A DNA stretch of 64,000 nucleotides. Source: an uncultured delta proteobacterium (GTDB taxonomy: Bacteria > Myxococcota > Kuafuiibacteriia > Kuafuiibacteriales > Kuafuiibacteriaceae). The stretch spans positions 160,001-224,000 of the forward strand of contig CAWDML010000008.1 in NCBI GenBank assembly GCA_963803435.1. Reading direction: 5' to 3'. The notes under the pieces are model-generated. The model ran no database searches. It was not told where the DNA came from and saw only the letters and a list, made by a program, of their open reading frames with translations. A program made the position numbers and the translations under genes. Shown piece after piece: positions 46,636 through 57,162 of this stretch. Numbering within the stretch: position 1 is the stretch's first letter; each line of letters starts with the position of its first letter.

Positions 46636-49107
46636 TCACTTCGGCGTGAGCGCGCCGCCCGAGAAGCCCTCGCCGCCCAGGTAGATGTACACGCGGTCGC
46701 CGACGCCGACGACCAGGTCCTCGAGCCCGTCGTCGTCGATCCGGGCGGCCTGGACGCGGGCGCCGGCGCTCTGGCTGATCGCGCGCGTCGCGATCTGATC
46801 GATCGCGGCCACGGTCCGTCCGGAGTCGCCGCCGAGCTTGACCACGTAGAGCCCGCCGGTGGCCAGGACGGCGAGCTGGGGGCCGGCGACCGCCGTGAGG
46901 TCGATCGGCGCCGACTCGAGCGGGATCTCGATCGGTTGCGTGCGGGCGAAGCCGTCGCCGTCGTCGCCGGTGCCGAAGGCGACGGAGATCGCAGGTCGAT
47001 CCCCGCCGAAGGCCAGCACCAGGTCGGGGTGGCCGTCGCGATCGACGTCGAGGAGCTCGGTGCGGAGGAGCGCGGTCCGATCTCCGATCAGGGTGGCGTT
47101 CACCGGAGTGCAGGTCAGCTTGCCGGCGGCGAGCGCGAGGACGGCCACCCTCGGCGGACCGGGATCGTCGGCACACGACAGAGAGCGATCGGCGAGCACG
47201 GCCTCGTCGGGGCCGCCGGTCACCAGATCGCCGACCTCGAGGCGAGCGCAGCGGCGCTGAAGCGCCGCGCGCCGAAAGTCGCACAGGCCGTCGGAGGCGG
47301 TGCTCGCCTCGACGTCCTGAACCAGCGCCCCGAGGAGGCGAAAGCGGGACCCGTCGCGGTTCGGGATCATCCAGACCTGGCCCTCGAGCGTCAGCGCGAT
47401 CAGGTCCGGCTCTCCCGGGGGGACCGCGTCGAAGTTGCCGAGGCGGACCAGGTAGGGGGTGCCGAAGCCGTGCGTTGCCGAGAAGAAGGGGATCGGCGAC
47501 TGGAGGCGACGCCGGCCGCTCCCCACCAGGATCGAGGCATAGGAGGGCTGTCTTCCGCCGGGCTCGGTGACCTCCACGAGGAGGTCCGCGATGCGATCCG
47601 GGTTCCAGGGCGTGGGAGAGAGGAACTCGCTGGCGCTCAGGTTCGTGACCTCCGGGAAGCGCGCCATGAAGATCGGATCCCCGGGCGGGCCGCTGCGCTC
47701 CGCGAACACCACATAGACGTCGTCGGTGGGGAGCCTCGTGCCGTCCTGCGTGCGGACGATCGCGGCGAGGTCGTCCACGCGATCGCCGTCGAAGTCGCCG
47801 GCCGCGATCTCGCGTGCCGGCGCGGGCAGCGGTAGGTCGACGCGATTGAAGGTGAACGCGTCGGCCCGGTACATCAGCGCGGCGCCGGCCGAGCGATCGT
47901 CGGCGACGACGGCGTCGAGCATGCCGTCGCCGTCGAAGTCGGCAACGGCGGCGTGCGTCCAGGTGGTGGGTCCGCTGGTGGCGATCGGAACGAACGCGGA
48001 CCCCGGCGCGGTGCTGGTGACGATCGCGCGCGGAAACACGATCAGGGCCGAACCGTTCCGGCCACGCGCCGCCAGCGGCCAGGTCTCGAGGCGTGCCTCT
48101 TCGCGGGGAGCCGCGAGGCCCGCGCCGGTGCCGGCGAAGAGGACGAAGTGATGATCGAGGCCGTCGCGCGCGGAGACGAGAACGTCGTTCTTGCCGTCGC
48201 CGTCGAGATCCACGACCCGGGCGCCGTCAGCGTCGATCGTGCCGTAGACACCGAGCGCGTGCGCCTCGAGCGTGGCCGTGGCGGTCGTCGAGCGGCCTCT
48301 GACGCGTCCGAGCCAGAGCCGGTCGGAGTCTTCGAGGGCGAGCACCAGCACCTCCTCGTCGCCGTCGTTGGAGAGCTGGACGACCTCGGCGCTGGCGATC
48401 GCCGTTCCGGGCGACGCGCTCTCGGCGACCGAGCCCGGGTCGAAGGCGAGGTGGATGCGGTGGCCGGCGAGCCAGACGGCGAACGGAGCGCCGCGCGCCG
48501 CCAGCAGGCGGGCGTCGTCGGCGCCGCTTCCCCCGAGGTCCTCGAGAACGATCTGCGGGTGGGCCACCGGGATCAGGCGTCGCTCGCTCTGACCGAGGAA
48601 CGCCTCCACCCCGAGATAGTATGGGATCAGGAGGTCCGGGATCCCGTCCCCGTCCACGTCCCCGAGCGTCCGCTCCCCGAGCGGCGTGTCGATCGCGATC
48701 GAGAAGCTCTCCCGGTAGGTGCCGTCGCCGAGACCGTAGCGGACCTCGATGCGATCGGCCGAGCCGCCGATCAGGTCTTCGATGCCGTCGTGGTCCAGGT
48801 CGGCGGTGGCCAGATCGAACGCCTCGAGCGTCAACGGTGAGTCGAGCGACTCGGCGTAGGTCCCGGACGGTAGCCGGCAGATTCCGTCACGGCCGCAGGT
48901 GCGGATCCCGGGACAGCTGGGGTTCTTCGGGTTGCAGGTGTAGCGGCATTCGGAGCCGCACTCGAAGTCACTCCCGAACTGCGAGAAGCGATCGCAGTCC
49001 TCGCCCGGCTCGACGACGCCGTTACCGCAGCTGTTCGGCGTGAGCTCGGGGAGCTGATGGCACGCCGTCAGCACGAACGCTCCCAGTGCGACGGTGGCCG
49101 AGCGCAT
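46636..49107 (-). CDS. FG-GAP/VCBS repeat lipoprotein with myxobacterial Cys-rich N-terminus
   Basis: Lipobox LTAC; CGNGVVEPGEDCD; many DxDGDGxxD repeats. Confidence 0.87.
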   Translation of the reverse strand: MRSATVALGAFVLTACHQLPELTPNSCGNGVVEPGEDCDRFSQFGSDFECGSECRYTCNPKNPSCPGIRTCGRDGICRLPSGTYAESLDSPLTLEAFDLATADLDHDGIEDLIGGSADRIEVRYGLGDGTYRESFSIAIDTPLGERTLGDVDGDGIPDLLIPYYLGVEAFLGQSERRLIPVAHPQIVLEDLGGSGADDARLLAARGAPFAVWLAGHRIHLAFDPGSVAESASPGTAIASAEVVQLSNDGDEEVLVLALEDSDRLWLGRVRGRSTTATATLEAHALGVYGTIDADGARVVDLDGDGKNDVLVSARDGLDHHFVLFAGTGAGLAAPREEARLETWPLAARGRNGSALIVFPRAIVTSTAPGSAFVPIATSGPTTWTHAAVADFDGDGMLDAVVADDRSAGAALMYRADAFTFNRVDLPLPAPAREIAAGDFDGDRVDDLAAIVRTQDGTRLPTDDVYVVFAERSGPPGDPIFMARFPEVTNLSASEFLSPTPWNPDRIADLLVEVTEPGGRQPSYASILVGSGRRRLQSPIPFFSATHGFGTPYLVRLGNFDAVPPGEPDLIALTLEGQVWMIPNRDGSRFRLLGALVQDVEASTASDGLCDFRRAALQRRCARLEVGDLVTGGPDEAVLADRSLSCADDPGPPRVAVLALAAGKLTCTPVNATLIGDRTALLRTELLDVDRDGHPDLVLAFGGDRPAISVAFGTGDDGDGFARTQPIEIPLESAPIDLTAVAGPQLAVLATGGLYVVKLGGDSGRTVAAIDQIATRAISQSAGARVQAARIDDDGLEDLVVGVGDRVYIYLGGEGFSGGALTPK

Positions 49108-49145
49108 GCACTTGATTCGCCGAAGCCGGACCCGAGATCAAGCGC

Positions 49146-49724
49146 TCACGAGTCCGTGCGGGGACGCGCGGCCGCCACCCAGGCGCGGAGCTGCACCACG
49201 TGCTCGCGCGCAATGTGTGCCTCGCGGGCTCGTCCGAGCCGCTCGAGCGTTCGCGCCCGCGCCGCTTCGATGTCGATGAGCTCCAGCATGTCGCCGAGCA
49301 TTCGCCGCTGCTTGGGCCCGGACAGCGCCAGCCGGCGGGCAGCGTCGTAGTCCGCGAGCGCCTCACGGTCGCGCTCCGTCTCCTCGCGGATGGCGCCGCG
49401 CATCATGAAGACCTCGATCGTCGGCTGTCCGTGCTTGAGGTAGCTCGAGAAGTGGGCCTCGGCCAGGCCCAGCTCGCCCATCGCGAGCTGGATGCGGCCG
49501 CGCGTCAGCGCGATCGAGGCGTCCTTGGGCGCGAGCGCGGTGGCGAGATCGCAGTCCACCAGCGCCTCGTCGAAGCGCCCCAGCGCGAGCAAGGCTTCGG
49601 CGTGATCGAGCCTGAGACCCACGTCCTCGGGGCGCTCGCGGAGCTGGTCGTCGATCTCGGCGACTTCCTGTGCTCGCGCGAGGGCGGGGAAGAGGAGGAG
49701 CGCGATCGCGACGGCCATCCGCAT
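49146..49724 (-). CDS. Secreted TPR protein
   Basis: Signal peptide (ARA|QE); TPR motifs 'LGRFDEALVDC', 'LGRAREA'. Confidence 0.8.
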   Translation of the reverse strand: MRMAVAIALLLFPALARAQEVAEIDDQLRERPEDVGLRLDHAEALLALGRFDEALVDCDLATALAPKDASIALTRGRIQLAMGELGLAEAHFSSYLKHGQPTIEVFMMRGAIREETERDREALADYDAARRLALSGPKQRRMLGDMLELIDIEAARARTLERLGRAREAHIAREHVVQLRAWVAAARPRTDS

Positions 49725-49764
49725 CGAGGCGGTAGAAAACGCAACCGGGACCAAAGCGCAAGCG

Positions 49765-51474
49765 TCAGCGATCGGTGTGATTGGCGACGGTGCTCGGGAA
49801 CGGGAGCCCGGGCAGTCCGTGGGAGCGCAGCTCGCGATCGACCTCGCGGAGTGGCGCGAGCCAGGCCGGCATCCAGGCTTGGATCCAGTCGGCCGTCTTT
49901 CCCCCGTAGAACATGTGATCGAGTCGCGAGACCGTCCGCATGAAGCGCTCGATCGTCGGATCCTGGGCCTTTCGCGGATCGGAGGTGTCGTCCGCCGGGC
50001 GGACCAGCGGGGAGACGCCCCAGAGCCGGAAGAACGCGATCACGGGCGGCGGCGTGACGGACGCGACCAGCCGATCGAACGTCTCCAGGCTCCGAACGGC
50101 GGCCTCCAGCGTGACCACGCTCTGCTCGAGGATCTGCTCCTGGATCGCCGAGCTCGCCAGCGCCTGCGCCATCTCGGTCCGGGTCGGCTGTACCAGCGCT
50201 GAGGGATCGACCGGCCCCGAGCCGCTGACGTAGACCCGATACCGATCGGGATCCTGCTCCGACGTTCGATCGACGCTCTCCGGAAACACCCTCCCGAACG
50301 CCGCTCGCTGCCGCATCAAGGCCGGTCCCAGGCGCTTGCCCACCGGATGCGTGGTGAGCTCCGGCTTCGTCGGGTCGCCCGCGATCTGCTCGACGACGAC
50401 CTGATAGCGGCCCCTCGGTACGCGGGTGTGGATCCCGGCCGGTCCCGCCACGCCCTCGGACCGATCGACCTCGACCTTCCGGCCGCCGGCGCCCAGCTGG
50501 TAGAGCGTCACGGCGAACCGCTTCCCCGGCGTGACCTGCGAGCACCCGATCGTGAGCCACTGATCGTGCTTGCTCTCGAACCGGTACGTATCCTGATCCC
50601 CGCGCTTGGCGGTGCCCTCCACGCCGAAGAACGCGTCCTTCGAGGTGTGGTTGGCAGCGTAGGCCTCGCCGTAGATCTCGAAGAGCGGGCGCTCGTCTCC
50701 GTTCGTCCCTGTCTTGGTGACCTCGGCGCCGAACGCGTCTTTCCAGGCGCCGCCCTCTACGAAGCGGCGGTAGTTGGACGTGCCGTTGCTGCCGTCGGCG
50801 CCCAGCGCCCAGAAGAGCTCCGACGGGGGACCGAGGAAGGCGAGGGTGTTGCCGGGGAGCAGCTCGTAGTTGTGCTCGCCGGTCCGCTTCAGGCCGGCGG
50901 TGCTGGCGTGGTCGAGCGGCGAGACCTTACCGAGCCAGGCGCCGACGGAGTCCAGCGTTTGAAAGCCCGCGAGCAGCGAGCTCGGGCTTCCGGGATGATT
51001 GTCGAGCGGGCCGTAGATCGACGGGGGTCCCCAGAGTCCGTTGGGACCTGCGTGGTCGAGGGCGCGGCGGGCCAGCGTGCGGAAGCGCTGGTAGCTGGCG
51101 GCGAACTGGGGATCGACACGATCGAGGTCGGCGAGCGTCCGAATCGATCGCGTCGAGGGCGCCCAGCACGCGGTCCGTCGTCACGACCGGCGCGCCGTGC
51201 TTGCCCCAGCGTCCGACGGCCAGGCCCAGGACCACCGCATGCACCGCTCGGTGGGCGATTTGCCGGTCGAGCGTGGCGTGCCCGAGGAGCGCCGGGAGCT
51301 CGTTGAGGATGGCCGCGCGGGTCGCCGGCAGTCCGAGCTCGAGGCCAGCCAGCTTCTTCCAGGCGGGGGAAGATCGAAGGCGCCGACCACCGGCGGGCGG
51401 GTATCCGGCGAGGTGGGCTCGAGATCCAGCGGTCGGGTCCCGGCCGTACCGTCCTTCCTGCGAAGGGGCTCCAC
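49765..51474 (-). pseudogene. Hypothetical gene with at least two frameshifts (about 51145 and 51365); pseudogene or assembly errors
   Basis: The 49765 frame stays open and coding-like upstream of 50622 to about 51145, then continues in the 50927..51244 frame and again across a C-run; start uncertain. Confidence 0.5.
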
Positions 51475-51633
51475 GCGGGGATTATCGCCGATGCGGAGTC
51501 GCGGGGTGCCCCGCCGCGTGACGTAGTTCCCAGACCGTGAGGACTAGGAGCGTGTAGCGCGTAAGCACTCACGCGACCCCGGTCCGGGTCCCGGTCCCGG
51601 TCCGGGTCCCGATCTGAAGATGGCTGCCTTGAG

Positions 51634-52179
51634 TCAGACGCTCGCGACGGTCGCGAGCTTCGATCGGTAGAGCTTGAGCAGGTTGTGGGTGAGGCAGACG
51701 AGCGTCCCCTCGGCTCGTACCTTGAAGAAGGAGCGTAGCGAGAACCGGCGGAATCCTCGTGCCCCTTTGATCGATGAGGACGGAGTCGACGCGTCTTGGT
51801 TCTGTTCGCGTCCAACCGCGATGTGGGCATCGATCTGATTGTTGTCGCAGAATTCGATGTTGGTCGCGCTCAGATAGCCGTTGTCTGCCGTCATCTTCCG
51901 CGGAGCATCGCCGCAGTTGCCGAACACATCACGGAGCATCGGGACGAGGTGTTGCTGATCAGGTGCCTGGTTGCTGACCCCTTCGGCGACAATCACCTGA
52001 GCGTGCTCATCTACGACAACTTGGGCATTGTAGGCCTGGAGGTACGCTCCCTCCTTCAACATGATCCTGCTGTCTGAGTCGGTGAAGTTCCTCTGAGCGT
52101 TGGGCCTCGGTGTGCCGTCCAAGTCCAGGCGTCGACGTCGATCCGCCCAACGATCGATTCCAGACGAAACGACCTCCAA
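51634..52179 (-). pseudogene. IS1182-family DDE transposase remnant (5'-truncated, internal deletion)
   Basis: NFTDSDSRIM, YNAQVVVD, DQQHLVPML, ADNGY, GFRRFSLR..KV..E..L....HNLLKL. Confidence 0.85.
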
Positions 52180-52225
52180 GAACCTCTGCTGGTCAAAGTG
52201 GATGAGCTACCGCAAGCTAGCTTGC

Positions 52226-52530
52226 ATGGTCACTTTCGATCACGAGAAGCTCGAGGCCTTCCAGCTCGCCGTCGAGTATGCCGGCATCGCTGAAGAGATC
52301 GCACAAGAACTGCAACCCGGTCACGCTCACGATCCGCGATCAGCTTCGGCGGGCATCCGATTCCATCGTGAACAACACCGCCGAGGGCGCCGGAGAGTTC
52401 ACTCCACACCTGCTTGAGGCGCCGACTCGCCAACGAGCAGAAGGTCCAAGCCGCCAGAGCCAAGCTCAAGCGCGTTGTCGAGATGCTCACGCGCCTCATC
52501 AAGTCGATGAACGCACGCCGGGCTGCATGA
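52226..52530 (+). pseudogene. Four-helix-bundle protein (23S rRNA IVS / bAvd-like family), frameshifted
   Basis: FDHEKLEAFQLA, then after a frame change RDQLRRASDSIVNNTAEGAGE, then LKRVVEMLTRL in the third frame. Confidence 0.8.
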
Positions 52531-52612
52531 TCGCCATCGGGACCGGGACCGGGACCGGGACCGGGACCGGGCTCGCGGTAGCGCTACGCGCTACACGCTC
52601 CTAGGTGATCTC

Positions 52613-54068
52613 TCACTCGATCTCGACGGACAGCTCGAAGACACCGCCCTCGGCGTCGTACGAGTCGATCACGATGAGGTAGTCATGGGCCGGTACGTTC
52701 TCCAGCAGCAGGCGGGAGGACGCGCTGGTCCGGGCGTCGTCGTCGCACGAGATCACGGGCGCGTTGGCGTCCTCGCAGGCTCCGGTCAGGTACACCACCG
52801 TGTCGAACGTCGTCCCGGGGAGGTCGGTCCGGATCAACACCCGGGCCGCGGGGTTCGGGAGCGAGAGGATCGCGATGCCCTCGGGGCGCGAGGTCGGATC
52901 GTGCGCGGCGCATCCCTCGGGCGGATCCCACACGCTCGAGCCGGTCGCGAACCCGATCAGGCTCATCTTCCCGGTCGTCGGACCCAGCACCGGCGCCGCG
53001 CCGCACTCGGCGAGGCGTTCGGTCGCGACCGGCTGACAGGTGTTGACCGCCGAGAGGTCCCCCGGCGAGCAGACCAGGCCCTTCGAGCACACGCTGAAGC
53101 CCCGCGGATCGCACGACTGACCGCGCGATCGGACGGGTGGAGCCGAGAGCCGGGCCGTGCGTCGATCGCCGCTGCGATCGACGACGTCGAACGGCACCGC
53201 GGCGATCTGCTTGACCTGCTCCGAGAACGAATCGCTGGGGCTCAGCTCAACGAAGAAACGGCCGCCCTGCGAGCTGCCGCGTGCGTCGATCGCGAAGCTC
53301 GAGCTCTCGGGTGTCTCGTCGTTGTCGAGGTCGATCTGGATCGGGTTGCCCTGCTGATCGAGAAAGTCGACCTCCACCTTCTTCATGTCGTCGTCGGGGT
53401 CCACGCCCTCGACCAGGATCTTGGGGCCGAAGGAGGTGCTCAGGTACGCGACCTTGTCGATCGCGGGCGCGACGCCCTCCGAGCACTGGGTCGGATCGCC
53501 GCGACAGCCGAGGCCGACGTCACAGCGATCGTCCCAGTAGGTCGGATCGCAGAACTCGCCCAGGTGCTTCACCGGCTGCGAGCTGACCGACACCATCACC
53601 ACGTTGGACTCCAGGCCTTCCTTGTCCCGGAGTCGGACCTCCAGCTTCTCCACCTGGGAGGCGGACTCGAGGAACCTCCGCAGCGTCACGCTGCCGGAGA
53701 GCTCCGTCGAGCCGCTCACCGGGACGTCGAAGCGAAAGGCCGACTCCCCCGACTCGGGCTTCCCGTCCTGATCATGGTCGAACAGCTCCGCTTCGAGGCC
53801 GGAGTGCTCGAGGAACCGGACCACCACCAGCGCCACGTCGCCGTCCTCGTCCGTGCCTTCGAGGCGCAGCCCGAGGTCGACCCCGTCGCGGCCCGTCGCC
53901 CGGGCTACGACGGAGCCGAGCACCGGTGCCACCGCGTTCCGCGTGCTCGAATCCGTCGTTGTCGCTGGGATTGCCGCCGTTGGGTCCCGCGTCGTCCGCG
54001 GAGCCCGGCCCGTTCTTGCTGCAAGCGAGAAGGGCCACGGGGAGGAGGAAGAGGAGGGAGGTACGCAT
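52613..54068 (-). CDS. Cys-rich lipoprotein with internal duplication and C-terminal PPC-like domain; apparent frameshift near 53940
   Basis: Lipobox MRTSLLFLLPVALLAC at 54068 is in a different frame from the body; two 'G.D.D.D..V.V.FL...G' modules; 'FDTVVYL..C...CDDD' C-terminus. Confidence 0.7.
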
Positions 54069-54077
54069 GGCAGGTTC

Positions 54078-55895
54078 TTAGAGCTCGCAGGCGTCGATGC
54101 TGCCGGTTCCGTTGTTGAAGCCGATGTCTCCGTCGCCGGCACCGCAGTCGATGTCGTCGTTCCCGGCGCCACCGTCGATCAGGTCGTCGCCGTCGCCGCC
54201 GCTGAGGTCATCGTCGTCGTCGCCGCCGTAGATCTCGTCGTTGCCGCCGGCGCCGTCGATGGTGTCGGACCCTGCGCCGCCGTCGATCTTGTTGGCCAGC
54301 GAGTTGCCGACCACGTAGTCGTTGCCGTCGCCGCAGTTCACGTTCTCCACGTCGGCCTGGATGTCGTCCATCTCGCCCGACTCGCCGTCATCCGCCGCCG
54401 TGCCCGTCATGGTGAGGTGGAGGTTGTTGGTGCGCAGGCTGTAGTCGACCAGGTCGACACCGGCGCCGCCGTAGATCGTGTCCGCACCGTCATCGCCGGA
54501 GCCCTGGAGGAACGTGTCGTTGCCCGCGCCGCCGTTCATGACGTCGTCGCCGTCGCCGCCGTCGATGACGTTGGCGAGGTTGTTCCCGGTCAGGTGGTCG
54601 TCACCGCTACCGCCGTTCAGGTTCTCACAGTCCGTGTAGATGTTGTCGCCCTCGCCCTGCTCGCCGTCGTTGGCTCCGCTGAGCATGGTGACGGTCAGGT
54701 TCTCCGAGCGATCGCTGTAGTCGATGAGGTCCGTGCCGGCGCCGCAGAAGAGGAGATCGGCGCCGTTCTCGGCGTTGCCCTCGTACAGGACGTCGTCGCC
54801 GTTCTCGCCGTAGACCTTGTCGTCCCCGTCGCCGCCGGTCAGCGTGTCGTTGCCTTCGCCGCCGTGGATCTCGTCGTCGCCGTCGCCGCCGTCGATCGTG
54901 TCGTTGCCGGGTCCGCCCTTGATCAGGTTGTTCTCGGCGTCGCCGGTGAGCGTGTCGTTGCCGCTGCCGCCGGTCACGCCCTCGACCATGCTGACGTCGT
55001 CGTTCTCGCCGGCCTCGCCGTCGTCCGCGCCGGATCCCATGGTCACCGTGACGGTGGCGGTGCGCGACGCGTAGCTGACCACGTCGAGGCCACCCTCACC
55101 GTCGAACGTGTCGGCGCCGTTCGGCGCTGCGCCCTCGTCGAAGGTGTCGTTCCCTTCGCCGCCGTAGAGCATGTCGGCGCCGGGGCCGCCCGCGATGGTG
55201 TCGTTTCCGTCGCCGCCGCTGATCACGTCGTCGCCGTCGCCGCCGGTGAGCGTGTCGTTGCCGGCGCCACCGAAGACCGTGAGCGTGGACTGGTAGGCGG
55301 TGCCCGAGCCGTGTCCGCCGGCGCCGGTGAACACGTCCGCGCCGTCGCCGAGGCTGAAGACCAGCTCGTCCGCGCCGAAGTGACCGATGTCGACGTTGTT
55401 GTCGTTGTCGGTCGCGATGCCGTTGGTGCCGACCGAGATCCGATCGACGCTCGAGCTGCCGCGGATCTTGAGTGAGTCGCCGCTGCCGGTCCCGAAGTTG
55501 ATCGAGATGCCGACCGTCGACGTCGTGCCCTTGCCGAACGACCCGTTGATGAAGTCGAGGATGACGGTCTCATCGCCCGCCGCGCTCGGGTTCTCGGAGA
55601 CGAACACGCGCTTCATCTGCGTCGTCTTCGCGTCCTCGCACGCCTCGCCATTGACGAGCAGCGCCGAGTCGACCGACCGCTTGGAGAGGATCGCGGTCTC
55701 GCCGCTCTCCACGACCACGGTCGCCCACTTGGTGTCAGAGGCGTACGTACAGGGTGTCGTCAGCACCGTGAGGGGCTGGGACAGCTCCGGGATTCCTTCC
55801 ACGATCTCCGCGGAGGGCGGTGCGAGCTCGGGACCGCATCCGAATAGGGCTAGGGCGACGGCTGCGCCGGACAGTCTGAATCGAGTGGTCAGCAT
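54078..55895 (-). CDS. RTX-type calcium-binding repeat lipoprotein
   Basis: Lipobox LFGC; numerous GGxGxDxLx nonapeptides. Confidence 0.9.
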   Translation of the reverse strand: MLTTRFRLSGAAVALALFGCGPELAPPSAEIVEGIPELSQPLTVLTTPCTYASDTKWATVVVESGETAILSKRSVDSALLVNGEACEDAKTTQMKRVFVSENPSAAGDETVILDFINGSFGKGTTSTVGISINFGTGSGDSLKIRGSSSVDRISVGTNGIATDNDNNVDIGHFGADELVFSLGDGADVFTGAGGHGSGTAYQSTLTVFGGAGNDTLTGGDGDDVISGGDGNDTIAGGPGADMLYGGEGNDTFDEGAAPNGADTFDGEGGLDVVSYASRTATVTVTMGSGADDGEAGENDDVSMVEGVTGGSGNDTLTGDAENNLIKGGPGNDTIDGGDGDDEIHGGEGNDTLTGGDGDDKVYGENGDDVLYEGNAENGADLLFCGAGTDLIDYSDRSENLTVTMLSGANDGEQGEGDNIYTDCENLNGGSGDDHLTGNNLANVIDGGDGDDVMNGGAGNDTFLQGSGDDGADTIYGGAGVDLVDYSLRTNNLHLTMTGTAADDGESGEMDDIQADVENVNCGDGNDYVVGNSLANKIDGGAGSDTIDGAGGNDEIYGGDDDDDLSGGDGDDLIDGGAGNDDIDCGAGDGDIGFNNGTGSIDACEL

Positions 55896-55935
55896 CGCTG
55901 AAGGGATCGACCCAGAACGGACGCACCTTAAGGCC

Positions 55936-57075
55936 TCATGAGAGCGCCATTTCGAAACCCGGTCGGAGCGTCGCGAAGTCCCGCGTCGCGAAGCGGCCGT
56001 CGGGCAGCGTCACCGCGTAGACGGTCATCGGAGTGCGGTCCACGGTGAACCCGCGAACCGCCGCTTCGAGGCGGGAACCGCGCGGGATCATGAGAGAGAG
56101 GAAGTGGAGCCGCTCCGACCGGTGCGCCCGGTAGGCCTCGAGCAGGAGGTCTCGCAGGATCGCCGGGTCGTCCCCCTCGATCTCCAGGTGGCTCAGAAAG
56201 AGAAAGCGAAACGTCTCACCTGGTGCCGGGAGCTGGGGGTAGCGGAGCACCTTGGCGCCGAGGTCGAAGAAGAGGCGCACCCAGCGCATGTGCCGGTGGT
56301 AGCCGAGCACCCGCGTTCGTTTGAATGGAGCGGTGTCGAAGGGAGCGACGCACCCCGCGATCCGTCCGGCCGAGTCCCGCGCCAAGAGGAAGGACTCGAG
56401 CGAGAAGCCCGGCCACGACTCGAAGCGCCCGCGGAGGCGCTCGCCGTCCAGCGCGTCGCCCATCAGCCGGGTCTTGCTCCGGGCGGACAAAAACGAGACC
56501 AGCTCATCGAGGTCGCGATCGGTCGCGCTCGTGATCTTTCGGGAAGGCCGTCCCTTCGGTAGCGTGAACTGCACGTTCGTCATCGAGAACGGTGTCATCA
56601 CCGAGTAGATCGGCTGCTCCTCCCGGCGCCGGCCCTTGCGGGTCACCAGCGCGCTCCTGGCGGCCTGGTTGTCGTCGAAGATGACGGTGTAGAAGAGCTC
56701 CGCGCCGAAGCGATCGCGGGCGCGCTCGAGCAGGAGCCGATACGCGCGCGGCATGACGGCCGCCGTCCGCGAGCCGGGCAGGATCCGCAGGTCGCCGAGG
56801 TATCCGACCATCGTCCGCTCCCCGAACACCCACCCGGGCCGGACGGCCATCGAGCCCAGGCCCGAGGGACGGCCGTCCTTGCCCTCCGCGATCAGCACCT
56901 CGCGGTCGCCCTGGTGCATGTCGAGCAGGCGGAAGAAGTCCGGATCGCGCTCCTGCGTGAGATCGAGCGCGGCGCGCAGGTGGACCCGGCGCAGGAGCTC
57001 GCAGAGCGCCGCGCTGTCGTGCTCGTCGGCCGTCCGTACGGTGACGCCGCCCATCCGTTGGACGACTTCCCTCAT
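55936..57075 (-). CDS. GNAT-fold acyltransferase-like protein
   Basis: 'VRTADEHD..ALCEL', 'ERDPDFF', 'VGYLGDLRI', 'YTVIFDDNQAA'; tandem GNAT-like halves. Confidence 0.65.
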   Translation of the reverse strand: MREVVQRMGGVTVRTADEHDSAALCELLRRVHLRAALDLTQERDPDFFRLLDMHQGDREVLIAEGKDGRPSGLGSMAVRPGWVFGERTMVGYLGDLRILPGSRTAAVMPRAYRLLLERARDRFGAELFYTVIFDDNQAARSALVTRKGRRREEQPIYSVMTPFSMTNVQFTLPKGRPSRKITSATDRDLDELVSFLSARSKTRLMGDALDGERLRGRFESWPGFSLESFLLARDSAGRIAGCVAPFDTAPFKRTRVLGYHRHMRWVRLFFDLGAKVLRYPQLPAPGETFRFLFLSHLEIEGDDPAILRDLLLEAYRAHRSERLHFLSLMIPRGSRLEAAVRGFTVDRTPMTVYAVTLPDGRFATRDFATLRPGFEMALS

Positions 57076-57162
57076 CCCCTGCTCCTACTTCGCGGGGCCG
57101 GCGCGCGCCACGGGGCTCGACAAAAGGATCGCCGCGCTGGAGTGTTGTCGCGGCGGTCCTCC

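Larger units (their letters stand above)
51544..52604. mobile_element. Degenerate IS1182-like element with ~70-bp terminal inverted repeats ending in CTAG and a four-helix-bundle cargo gene
   Basis: ctaggagcgtgtagcgcgta (51544-51563) is the exact reverse complement of 52585-52604; imperfect match continues through GGGACC hexamer arrays to 51613 and 52536. Confidence 0.85.

Noticed and set aside
4785-51490. Sigma28-like -10 boxes (GCCGAGAA near 4790, TCCGACAC near 38417, GGCGATAA near 51485) upstream of orphan genes
   Set aside because: No convincing -35 element at the right spacing, and such words are common at this GC content.
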